Shown here: positions 1-10,841 of the stretch, piece by piece | How positions within the stretch are numbered: position 1 is the stretch's first letter | Layout: every line of letters begins with the position of its first letter | Source: Obrimoposthia wandeli | Lineage: Eukaryota | DNA length: 64,000 nucleotides | Direction: 5' to 3' | Assembly (NCBI GenBank): GCA_977020255.1 | Contig: CDROCS010003925.1 | Location: forward strand, 124,001 to 188,000 | The notes under the pieces: generated by a model | What the model saw: only the letters and a program-made list of their open reading frames with translations | Databases searched by the model: none | Told to the model about the DNA's origin: nothing | Translations under genes and position numbers: made by a program

Positions 1-2
1 CA

Positions 3-2137
3 TTACAAAAAAATAAATATACAATCACAAAAACAAACCAAACTACTCAAACACAAGAAAAGAAAGTAAAACACAAGAAAAATCGTAAAAAAATAAAAAA
101 TCAAAAAACTAAAATTTTTAAGAATACAAATAATCTTAATAAAATGATGAAAAAATTATGGAAAATTATCCAGATAATATTAATAATATGTCTAATTATG
201 AACATGATAAAACCAATTAATGCTTTAGAAGCATATGATTGTTCAAAATATAAAATTCAAAATAAATATTCTTTAATGGATTTACAGCAATGTGCAGACG
301 CTGACCCAAATGAGGTAAAAATCCAAAATACTAAGTTGTATCAAGTATATCAGGAAACAGATTTCATATATGCAGAAGTTTTCGAATGTAGAGTACATGT
401 AGAGACATTTATAACATATTGTGGACAACATAGTCACAATTCAATAGTAAAACCAGCATTAGGAAAAACACCAATAATAGTTGACGCTTTAAATTGTAAA
501 GATGCTTTTGCAACAGGAGAATTGAGAATAGATAGAGAAATTAAAGTCCGAGCGGCGACACATAAAATAATTCAACAAATGATATCAGTAGTAGGTACGA
601 TTAAATCTGATGGAGAATGTACAACAGGAACTTATGTAGTAATGGGAGTTAAGCAAAGTGGTTTGGTAGTTATTAAAAATTTTGAAGTCGAACTAAGAAC
701 TTTCAAAGCAACATTCGACCCCTCAACAAACACAATGGTAACAATGCCATTTTGTGAAGCAAACATGGGTCACTGTAACACGGGTTCTTCAATACTTTAC
801 TACAAAGTAAAAATCGATCAATGTAAATTAATACATTTAAAATCAGAAACTTTTCAAATAATTCAAGGAAAAAGATTTAGAGATGATCCGGAACTAGATC
901 AACAGGTTCCAAAGGACATACACAAAATATATAGAACTAGAAAAATACGTAAAACACCAACTCCAACTATATTAATGTCTATTGAACAAGGATCAGGAAT
1001 GCGATTTATTAAAAAGAAAGAGGAATCCCGATGTGGACACTCTGTTTATACAACTAATTATAAAGGAATATATTTGAGTAATGAAAAAATACAAAATGCA
1101 AAAACGACACCAACTAAATTTGATATTAAAAATTATGATTATTTTAACAATAAATTAGATTATTTTTATCATAAAGGACTAATGACAATAGAAGCAATAT
1201 ATAGAGAAACCATAATGAATGATTGTAAATTAAATCAGGAGATATTAAAAACGAAATTGGCAATTATTGCTACTAACCCAGAATTAATAACACCATTATT
1301 ACCATTAGCTGACGGTACTTTTGGAAGAGTAATGGGAGAAGTGTTATACACTTATCAATGTAAAAAGTAATAGTTAACATAAGAAATCATCAAAAATGTA
1401 CAAAAGAATTACCAATTTCTTACAAAAATAATTCATTATTTGTAGAACCAATCACTAGAATCATACTTTTTAACACTTTTAGCATAAAAGAAATAAACTG
1501 CTCAAACATAATGGCACCTCATTATCAAATTTCAAAAGATATTTGGATTTCACTTCCAAGAAGAGATATTGTCGCAGAACCACAAAAATTACAATTAACC
1601 ACTCTCAGCAACGACATCAATATACAATCAGATAACGAATTAAACACAAAAGGAATTTATATACAAGAAGATATAGATAAGTTAAGAAAAGAAATTTTAT
1701 TTCCACAAATAAGATCCAGAATTTTAACACAAATCATAGAAAGATCAGTACCTGACGGAATTAGCCGTCCCGATTACGACTTATTACTTTCTCCAAATCA
1801 TTTTATAAAAGCCACTAAAAACACCATGTCAAAAATATGGGGTAAATTTTTAATTTTTGGACAAGCATTTTCTGGATTAGTTGGAATTTATGCTCTACTA
1901 ATTTGCTTTAAGATTCTACTAAGTCAAGTTTTATCAACATATTATATTTATAAAGTTGGAGGATTAACATGGAAATTAATCTTAGGATGTTTTCCATTTT
2001 TGGCAAAATTCCTTATTTTTAATCATCATCAAAACATAGTAAATACATTATCAAATGAAATGCGAGAAACAAATATACAAAAATTACAAATACCAAAGAA
2101 ACAGAAAAAACGGAATCTTCACAATATCCTGATTTAG
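3..2137 (+). CDS. Chuvirus-like / herpes gB-like class III fusion glycoprotein (one frameshift at ~1365; frame open from window start)
   Basis: Hydrophobic signal (KIIQIILIICLIMNMIKPINA) then AYDC..SLMDLQQC, YCGQHSHNSIV, CKKVIVNIRNHQKCTKELPI..FVEPITRI (restored by adding one A at 1362-1366), and C-terminal hydrophobic segments. This Cys pattern is typical of chuvirus-type G proteins. Confidence 0.8.
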
Positions 2138-3990
2138 AAAAATATATAGATAAAACAACTATACAAAAATCAACTGCACCAACAATATATACAATAAATC
2201 AAAAAGATAACGATAAACGACCATATGTAAAGGTAGAAATTAACGAATATAAACTTAAAGCTTTAATTGACACAGGATCAAGCGTAACAGTTTTAGACGA
2301 ATCTTTCTTAAAAACACAACAAAAATTACTTCTTCTTAAGGAAAATAGTCAAGTCACAGCAGCAAACGGTCAACCCGTAGATATAATAGGAAAATTAGAC
2401 TGTCTTTTTAAAATAGGAAATAAATACATAAAAATACCTACAAGAATAATGAAAAATTGTCCTTGCCAAATGATCATAGGAATAGATACATTAAGAAGAT
2501 TAGGAAATAATTTTCACTTTGATTTTGAAAAAAATCAAATAAAAGACATTTACAGACCTAATGCCAAAGATGAATACGAGTTAGAAATAAAAGGAGATAT
2601 CATTCTCCAACCAAGAACAGAAACAATGTTACAACTAGAAACTAACATAATCACAGAAAAAGATGTATTATTTGAACCTTATAAATATCAACAAGAAACC
2701 TTAAACTACGTTTTGCCAAATATAATTTGTAAAATAAAAAACAACACAATACCAATCAGAATCCTAAATGCAGACATTAATGAAATTCATCTCAAGGAAG
2801 GAGTACGTCTTGGAAAAATAAGTGTTATTGAAAATATTGAATTAATAGATAATGAAAAAATAGAAGATAAATCTACGATAAATTTTAACGATATTAAATT
2901 AAATGATTATGAAAAATCAAAACTTAAAACTTTAACAGAAAAATATGATGTAATATTTGCTAAAAATGAATACGATTTAGGTCGAACAAATTTGATAAAA
3001 CATAATCTTCCATTAACAACAAACACAGCAATAAAACAACGACCCTACCGAATTCCATATGCCTACAGAGATGAGGCTCAAAGACAAATAAAAGGAATGT
3101 TAGAAAATGAAATTGTTAGAAGAAGTTTTTCTGCATGGACATCACCTGTTGTTTTAGTAAAAAAGAAAGATGGTTCTTTGAGATTTTGCGTAGATTACAG
3201 AAAACTAAACGAAGTCACTCACAAAGATACTTATCCACTGCCAAGAATTGATGAAATATTAGACAAACTAAAAAATGCACAAGTATTTACAACTTTGGAT
3301 TTACAGAGTGGATACTGGCAAATAGAAATTGAGGAGTCAGATAAATATAAAACAGCTTTCTCAACAGGAGAAGGATTGTATGAATTCAATGTCTTACCAT
3401 TTGGATTAACCGGAGCTCCAGCAACATTTCAGAGATGTATGAGCCATATCTTAATGGATGCAGATCACGTAATGGTATATATCGATGACATTCTTATTTT
3501 TTCAAAAAATTTTGAAGAACATTTAAAAGATTTAGAAAACGTATTCTTAAGATTACAGGTAGCAGGATTAAAACTAAAACCAAAGAAATGTGAATGGATA
3601 AAAGATAAAGTAAATTACTTAGGACATGCTGTATCAGCAAAAGGAATACAACCAGACGAGAGTAATGTAGAAAAGATTAAAAATTTTCCAATCCCAAAAA
3701 CAGTAAAAAATATACAGGAATTTTTAGGGCTTGCAGGATATTATCGAAGATTTATTAGAAATTTCGCACAAATAGCAATACCATTAAATAAACTTATTAA
3801 AAAAGATGAAAAATTTGAATGGGAAAAAGAACAACAAGAATCTTATGAATATTTAAAACAAAAACTAATCGAAAAACCTATACTTAGATATCCTAATTTT
3901 AATAACTCATTTTTAGTTATGACTGACGCCAGTGGTTATGCGTTAGGAGCAGTTTTAGGACAACAGGAAAGTAACGAAAAGATCATGTGA
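2059..3990 (+). CDS. Pol: aspartic protease + reverse transcriptase + start of RNase H
   Basis: Frame of ORF 2449 is open back to 2059 and encodes RPYVKVEINEYKLKALIDTGSSVTVL; RT motifs LDLQSGYWQI, PFGLTGAPATFQR, YIDD; MTDASGYALGAVL. Confidence 0.95.
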   Translation, partial: NARNKYTKITNTKETEKTESSQYPDLEKYIDKTTIQKSTAPTIYTINQKDNDKRPYVKVEINEYKLKALIDTGSSVTVLDESFLKTQQKLLLLKENSQVTAANGQPVDIIGKLDCLFKIGNKYIKIPTRIMKNCPCQMIIGIDTLRRLGNNFHFDFEKNQIKDIYRPNAKDEYELEIKGDIILQPRTETMLQLETNIITEKDVLFEPYKYQQETLNYVLPNIICKIKNNTIPIRILNADINEIHLKEGVRLGKISVIENIELIDNEKIEDKSTINFNDIKLNDYEKSKLKTLTEKYDVIFAKNEYDLGRTNLIKHNLPLTTNTAIKQRPYRIPYAYRDEAQRQIKGMLENEIVRRSFSAWTSPVVLVKKKDGSLRFCVDYRKLNEVTHKDTYPLPRIDEILDKLKNAQVFTTLDLQSGYWQIEIEESDKYKTAFSTGEGLYEFNVLPFGLTGAPATFQRCMSHILMDADHVMVYIDDILIFSKNFEEHLKDLENVFLRLQVAGLKLKPKKCEWIKDKVNYLGHAVSAKGIQPDESNVEKIKNFPIPKTVKNIQEFLGLAGYYRRFIRNFAQIAIPLNKLIKKDEKFEWEKEQQESYEYLKQKLIEKPILRYPNFNNSFLVMTDASGYALGAVLGQQESNEKIM

Positions 3991-5715
3991 TAGCATATGC
4001 GAGCAGAGGTCTTAAAAAACATGAAAAGAATTACTCAACGATAGAAAGAGAATGCCTAGCTATTTGTTTCGCAATGGAACATTTTAAACATTACTTATTA
4101 GGTCGAAAGGTTTATGTTTACACAGATCAAAGACCATTACAATGGCTTTTAAATCATAAGGATACAACATCTAGATTAATGAGATGGGCATTGATTTTAC
4201 AAAAATATGATATTGAAATAAAATATAGAAAAGGAAAATCTAACGCTAATGCAGATTGTCTATCACGAATAAGAGAAGAAATAAACGAAATAACTGCAAA
4301 TGACATCGAATTAAATCTTTTTACAATAATTCAAGCTAAATATGATGAAAAAGTAATAACTAAACTTCAAAGCAAAGATAATGAAATTCAGCAAATAACT
4401 AAATACATTAGCACAAACGAAGTACCAACAGATGAAAAATTAAGAAAACATTTAAAAATTCACGAATCACGATACAAATATAGTAATGAAATATTATATT
4501 ATTTAAATGACAAAAATCTATATTCACTAGTTATTCCTAAAGAAATTCAGTGTCAATTACTTCTTCAATATCATAATGGAGCCCTAGGAGGACATTTATC
4601 ATCAAAAAAACACATTCACGATTAAATTTAAAATACTATTGGATTAACATGAAAGAAGATGTAAAAAATTGGTGTAAAACATGTGAAATATGTCTTAAAC
4701 GGAAAAATACTTTACGTACCACAAAAATACCTTTAAAGCCAATACCTTATCCATCAGCCCCCATGGAAACTGTTGCCATGGATGTAATGGGACCATTACC
4801 TGAAACACCCCGAGGAAATCGATATATAATAGTATTTTCTGATTATTTTACAAGATGGCCAGAGGCTTTTCCAACACATGATCATAAGGCTGAAACCATC
4901 GCGAAGGTTTTAGTCGAAAAAATTATTTTTACTTTCGGTACACCCCGAAAATTATTAACCGACAAAGGTCCTGAATTTATAAATAATGTATTAGCGTCAA
5001 TAGCTGAAATTTTTCACATAAAAAAGATCAATACAACACCATATCACCCTCAAACTGACGGGTTAGTAGAAAGATTTAATAGAACCCTCGAAGATATGAT
5101 GGCATCATACACAAACAACAATCAAACAGATTGGGATTTACACATACCTCCATGCCTTTTTGCATATAGAACATCAGTACATGCATCCACAGGAGAAACA
5201 CCTTTTTATCTTATGTTCCTCAGAGATCCTCAAATGCCTATTGATCTAACATTACTACAACCTACTACACAATATTTAGAAATACCTGAATATAAAATAG
5301 AAATTAGAGAAAGAATAAAACTAGCATTCGAAAAAGCTAAACTATTTGTAAAAACATACAAGAAAATTACAAAGAATATTATGATAGAAGAACTAAGCCA
5401 TCAAATATAAAAAGCGGAAGTAAAGTGATGATTCACAATCCACAAATTAATGTAGGATTGTCTCACAAATTATCAAAACCATACAAAGGACCATATACAG
5501 TCATTAGTACCAACGGAACCAACATAACAGCTAAACTAGATAATGAATCAAAATCAAAAGAAATAAGAGCACATATAAACAGATGTCGAGAAATACCTGA
5601 GGAGAATACAAAAGTAAAAAGTCACAAATATAACTTAAGATCAACTAATGATAATACAGTTCTACAAATGTTGACAATAAAAAACTCACAAAAAAACAAA
5701 ACAAAACTATTTTGA
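3987..5715 (+). CDS. Pol continued: RNase H + integrase with GPY/F C-terminal domain (frameshifts at ~3980, ~4610, ~5350, ~5415)
   Basis: IAYASRGLKKHEKNYSTIERECLA; YHNGALGGHL; WCKTCEIC; VAMDVMGPLP; LLTDKGPEF; YHPQTDGLVERFNRTL; KLSKPYKGPY; YNLRS. Confidence 0.95.
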
Positions 5716-6984
5716 GTCATCAAACCAGAAATACAATAAAAATATCAATAAAAGAAATTGGTAAAATAATGATGTTATTGATAATATATTTTATAATAAA
5801 ATATAACCTACTGAAAGTAAACGCAACAAACATAAATGACAATCAATCAATCATACAACAACAAACAAATAAATTCGACTCAACAACTCATCTCATAAAA
5901 AATTTTGGATTAATAACAATAATACCTGAAATCACATCAATAAAGTTAAAAATTTCTCTTCTTACAAACAAAACAGGAAATGTGCAAATCACACAAACAG
6001 ATAGAAAACAAAATATAATTATTTCAGAAATAAAATCACAAAAATATACAATACCATTTTTAAGAACAGAAACACAATATAAAATAAGAATTAAGTCGAA
6101 ATTAAAAAATATAACACTCTATGAAAGAATTATAGAAACTCACATATACCTAGCATCAATATTAAAAACAACAGCAAAATATATATCAAAACATAAAATA
6201 ATGATAAAATGGGAATTTCAACTAAAAATAGATGACTTAGATAAAGCCCTCATTAGAATTAGATATAGAGGATATAATGATCATTTTTGGAAAGACACAG
6301 AAAAACAATTAGAAAAAACACAAATCAGAACAAATTTAACCATAGAAAATATAAGATATCCAGAGAAAATAATAATGAACAATAGAGAATGCGTAATTAC
6401 TAATAAACCAATAATGTACAGACAATGGAGTCAAAAGTTTGAAAGTTATAAAAATTTAACAAAATTAACAATTTTAGGAAATAAGATATCCAAACTATAT
6501 CAACCTATAATTTTTTTGTGGTCGTTGGTCAACGGTAAAAATTAAGAAATATGTGAAAGATTTAACCACAAAACAATTGCTACATACCACAACATTTACA
6601 TCAAAAATTTACAGAATTACAAATCAAGTTGAAATTACGGAAAAAATAAGAATTAAATTAAAATTAAAAACAACAGAAATAATATCCTATAAATCATTTA
6701 ATGAAAGTTTAAAAATGCACTATAGTAAACAAGAACATTCAAGGAATGAAAATAAAGAAGAACTTATAATAATAGTTATAGTAATCGAAATAATTACATT
6801 TATAAATCAAATATCATGGAAAATGTTAATTTTGAAACATACAAAAACGATAGAAACAAAACAACGAAAACACTTTTGTGGGCCCCCAGGCCCTTTTACT
6901 GTTTATATTATTCCTAAGGATGATAATTCTTCAGAATTATCCATAAATACTGTAATAGAAAATAGAAAAAGAAATATAACATAA
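5655..6984 (+). CDS. Accessory type-I membrane protein with FN3-like repeats (frameshift at ~6515)
   Basis: Internal signal-like stretch MMLLIIYFIIKYNLLKVNA; FN3-like motifs YTIPFLRTETQYKIRIKS, IMIKWEF..IRIRYRG...WK, CGRWS; hydrophobic ELIIIVIVIEIITFI near the C-terminus. Confidence 0.55.
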
Positions 6985-7180
6985 TAATCAATTTTTTTTG
7001 AATAAAACCGTTTAAGTAACAAAAATGTTAGTACTATTAAGTAAATCTAAATTAATTAGGAAATAGAATGAAAATTTGATATATATATATTTTTAAAGAC
7101 GATTTAATGAAGTAATATTAAAATAAAATCACCAGGAAACGCATCCTGAAATTTAATAATGGTTATTTTTAGATATAAAA

Positions 7181-7576
7181 ATGAACAGATTGGCAAAAAC
7201 TTGTAAAAAATGCAAAAAATTAGAGAAAAAGATTCGAGATGTTTCCAGACAGCATGACGACTACTATATAAAGATCACAACTCAAAATGAATCACTGAAA
7301 CAGTTAATAAAACAAAGTGTGAAAGAAAAATTGAATAATGATTTAACAATTGACGAACTAGAAGGGAGATTGGCACATAGTTTTGGCAGAATAGACAATT
7401 TAATACAACAAACTTTAAGTCAACGATCAACTATAGCCTCATTAAGAAGACAAATGATGACCTATAGCGACATGATAAACTTTTATTTGACCATTAATCC
7501 TACTATCCCAACTAATACAACACTTGATGATGGATATGACTCGGATATAAACATTGGTGAACAAAATTCTGGTTAA
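7181..7576 (+). CDS. Retroelement accessory coiled-coil protein, unknown function
   Basis: Intact 131-aa ORF starting with CxxC (CKKC) and showing heptad-like periodicity; lies between INT and the LTR. Confidence 0.5.
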   Translation: MNRLAKTCKKCKKLEKKIRDVSRQHDDYYIKITTQNESLKQLIKQSVKEKLNNDLTIDELEGRLAHSFGRIDNLIQQTLSQRSTIASLRRQMMTYSDMINFYLTINPTIPTNTTLDDGYDSDINIGEQNSG

Positions 7577-7881
7577 ACTATAATCATACATCCTTCTTTT
7601 GTACAAATTGTCTAACTTTTGTTAATAAGTTTATTTTCATGACAAATCCCACATACTGCATGGATAAGACTGATATTTTTATAACTTTAAGACTGTGAAA
7701 TAATTATATTATTTTATTCAACTAACAAATCTATTAAAGCAGAATGGATAACAATCACCTGGATACGACTCCAGACCAGCTCACTCGGTCAGATCAAACA
7801 AAAAGCACAGCAAAGATAGAAAGAGGAAAAACGGAAAATATGCCAGAAAGGCTGATTTTAGGAAAATTCTTGTAACACAAG

Positions 7882-8911
7882 ATGCGTCAGTTTAGCAGTG
7901 CATACTTTAGAAACAACGGAGGAAGAAAAATGTTTTCAAATCAAACATTTCTTCCTAATAAGTTAAAATTACCACAGAAGAAAGAACTAGCGCACTTATT
8001 TTTACCAATGAAAAGAGACCAACCCATATGGCTCTCAGTGAAATATTCCCCAACATTAATTGTGAAAAAATAGATATTCACGTGGCACTAGGAGTAGCTC
8101 ATCTAAAAACCAAATCAGATAAGACATTAAATTTTCTGATGATAGGAAATCACACCTACACCTTACAAGCAGCTCAATTAGAAAATCAATATAGCATAAA
8201 AATAGGAAGAGGACCAAATCTATTATTTATAGAAAACATAAGAAGAGCAGAAGAACCTCAACAAATAACCCTTTTTGAATTAAAAACGCACAGAAACCAG
8301 CAATTTTATTCCTCGATTGCGAAATGGTGATATCAGTAGATAAACAGCCAGTTTTAGCAAGTGTGTCTATTATAAACTACATAGGTAACGTAATTATAGA
8401 TACACTGTGCGTAACTAGAGACAGAGTAAGAAATTACGTTACTAGAATAACTGGACTGTCGGATAGAAAGTTACAAGGATGTAGAGATGCTGATGAAGTA
8501 ATCGAGGAAGTAAAAAACATTGTGTATGGTAACATCATAGTAGGTGTGGGACTAACAAACGATTTAAAAGCTTTACGCCTACAGAAATGGATGTTATTCA
8601 ACATTGTTGATTTAGGAATATCCAAAAGCATAAAATCAGAACTAAATCACAATCACCCAAATATTGGACTCGCCAACATGGTGCGGAAATACTTAAATAT
8701 AGAAACACAAAAAGGAGTCCACACTAGCATGGAAGATGCAAATCACACCCGAAAAATTTTCATGATGAAGGAGGAAATGTTGATTAGAGAGTTTGATTTG
8801 ACCGAGGTGATGAATCCACCATCTTGCGAGAACAACCCCAGTTCATCGTTATCACATATGACCGGAAACTCGGAGTCCGGTACACAAAACTCCCCGATTT
8901 TGTTGGATTAA
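7882..8911 (+). CDS. Accessory protein with C-terminal REX4/ISG20-like DEDDh 3'-5' exonuclease (frameshifted; exonuclease at 8279-8911)
   Basis: Frame of ORF 8324 extends upstream to ILFLDCEMV; then LASVSII, YVTRITG, IIVGVGLTNDLKAL, HTSMEDA, giving the complete DEDDh set. Confidence 0.8.
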
Positions 8912-9121
8912 GGTAGTATTGTTATTATTTTATTTCTGTTTTCATTCTTGACTAAATTTTTAACGATATTTAACCAGACATGATTGTGATTAATAAAACA
9001 TTGAACAGTTGTAACATACAAACAACACTAGGTAACAATAGGAACAAGACAAAATAGTTTAACTAATAATTAAAATATAAATTATGATTCTGAGGACAGA
9101 GACTTTTATGACCCGGAGGAT

Positions 9122-9988
9122 TGTTGAGAAAAAATATTGAATAATTGTGTTAAAAAAGAAAAATAAAAATATAAATTTTTAAGGAAATGGAAGAAAAGGG
9201 AAAATTAATAAATTAAAAGTTAATTGGGAACTTTCCTTAATTAGGGAAAAGTTCCGATTTTAGGATTTGTGCACTTTGGCATTTTAGTCAATAGAGTGGT
9301 CAATCTCCGACGGGAAAAAAGCCCGTTTCGCCCTGCCGGGCTCATCAGGGAGATGGCGTGTTATCTCTGACTTCGCGGTAGATTCCGCGAAGCCAGAGAT
9401 AACAATAATAAAGCCAGGGAAAAGATTCCCCTTTCATGTGCCGACGAATATCGTCGACATATGATGTTGTTGTGCACAAATGCACAATTCAACAACACAC
9501 ACACACGCACAAACACACACGAACACAAATTTAGACGCACATACTACTCACTCACTTCTCATTCACTACTCACTCACTATTCATTCACTCACTCTCCCTA
9601 CTCACTCACTCACCTATCTATTGTGCACATGTGTGTGTATGTTTAAATTAAAATTTTTCCGCCTGCCCAGAGTTCGACAGGCGGTGGATTTTCCCGGCTG
9701 CACATGTGAGTGTGTGCAGAGCCGGGAAATATCGGTTCTTCTCCTCTCTGCCCAGATTTATCCAGTATGTGTGCAGCGGTTGGATATTTGGGCTGCACAC
9801 TGCTAGGTGAATATGTACAAATAATAATAAAAAGTCAGAAACAGAAAGTTATTATTATCAAACGGTTGTTGATTTCTCTGTCTGACTGCTGAAATCGTTT
9901 TTCCTCAACTGTCTACCGCACTGTGCTGACTGGATTTTCCCTTCGCTGTGTATCTCTAAACAGATCAGGATAGTTGAATCTGTCTACA
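9122..9988 (+). repeat. Probable 3' LTR
   Basis: Purine-rich GACCCGGAGGA immediately before TGTTGAGA; ends TGTCTACA; internal AATAAA (~9826) followed by a GT-rich stretch; CACT microsatellite at 9545-9612. The 5' LTR is not in the window, so this cannot be confirmed. Confidence 0.55.
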
Positions 9989-10064
9989 GAAATTCAATTT
10001 AAAGGACTGATTTTGTGAATTGGATCACACTATTTTAATTTGATTAAAAACCATAATATTTAGA

Positions 10065-10442
10065 TAACGGAAATTGATTATTACAACTACATATTATTGC
10101 CTGAAAACCTAACGGAAATTGATTATTACAACTACATATTATTGCCTGAAAACCTAACGGAAATTGATTATTACAACTACATATTATTGCCTGAAAACCT
10201 AACGGAAATTGATTATTACAACTACATATTATTGCCTGAAAACCTAACGGAAATTGATTATTACAACTACATATTATTGCCTGAAAACCTAACGGAAATT
10301 GATTATTACAACTACATATTATTGCCTGAAAACCTAACGGAAATTGATTATTACAACTACATATTATTGCCTGAAAACCTAACGGAAATTGATTATTACA
10401 ACTACATATTATTGCCTGAAAACCTAACGGAAATTGATTATT
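10065..10442. repeat. 45-bp tandem array, 8 full identical units plus a partial unit
   Basis: TAACGGAAATTGATTATTACAACTACATATTATTGCCTGAAAACC repeated at 45-nt period with no spacers. Confidence 0.97.
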
Positions 10443-10841
10443 GTTTGTTACCTGAATAAAAATTACTTCTTCATCTACTCGTTTATTAACACATATACAT
10501 AATCAGGAATGTAAAATCCCAAAATATTTTTCAATTGATCAATATCAGTTATTGTTAAAATTTCGATGAGATATTTATTCTGCACTTTTGATATTTTCAC
10601 AGGATTCATAACTCGTACAATTTGATGCCTCTTTAATATATTACATAGTTTTCATTTTGAAATTCTTTCTGAATAATAAAAATTTGCTACATATCTCTTA
10701 TTCATTCTAAAATAAGGAAACTGATTAAAAACAATGTTTATAAAAAAAATACATATAAGATACAAATAAGATACAAATAAAATTGATTATTAAATGAAAG
10801 AAACATAGTAAAACCGATTACAATTTATTACACGCAAAAAG

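Larger units (their letters stand above)
1..9988 (+). mobile_element. Ty3/Gypsy LTR retroelement with envelope-like and accessory genes (5' LTR and presumed gag lie left of the window)
   Basis: Domain order PR (LIDTGS), RT (LRFCVDYRKLN, YIDDILI), RNase H (TDAS...AYASR, ERECLA, YTDQRPL), INT (H..GH, C..C, D-D-E core, GPY motif); probable 3' LTR at 9122-9988. Confidence 0.92.

Noticed and set aside
2059-2137. Programmed -1 frameshift between glycoprotein and protease
   Set aside because: The AAAAAAC at 2105-2111 is not in the glycoprotein frame and there is no stimulatory structure; a homopolymer deletion like the others is more parsimonious.
9461-9892. ORFs in the His/Thr/Leu-rich region
   Set aside because: Translations of CA/CACT microsatellite inside the probable LTR.
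10097-10459. 120-aa repetitive ORF, or a CRISPR-like array
   Set aside because: The ORF is a by-product of a stop-free 45-bp unit. Units are contiguous with no spacers and the context is eukaryotic.
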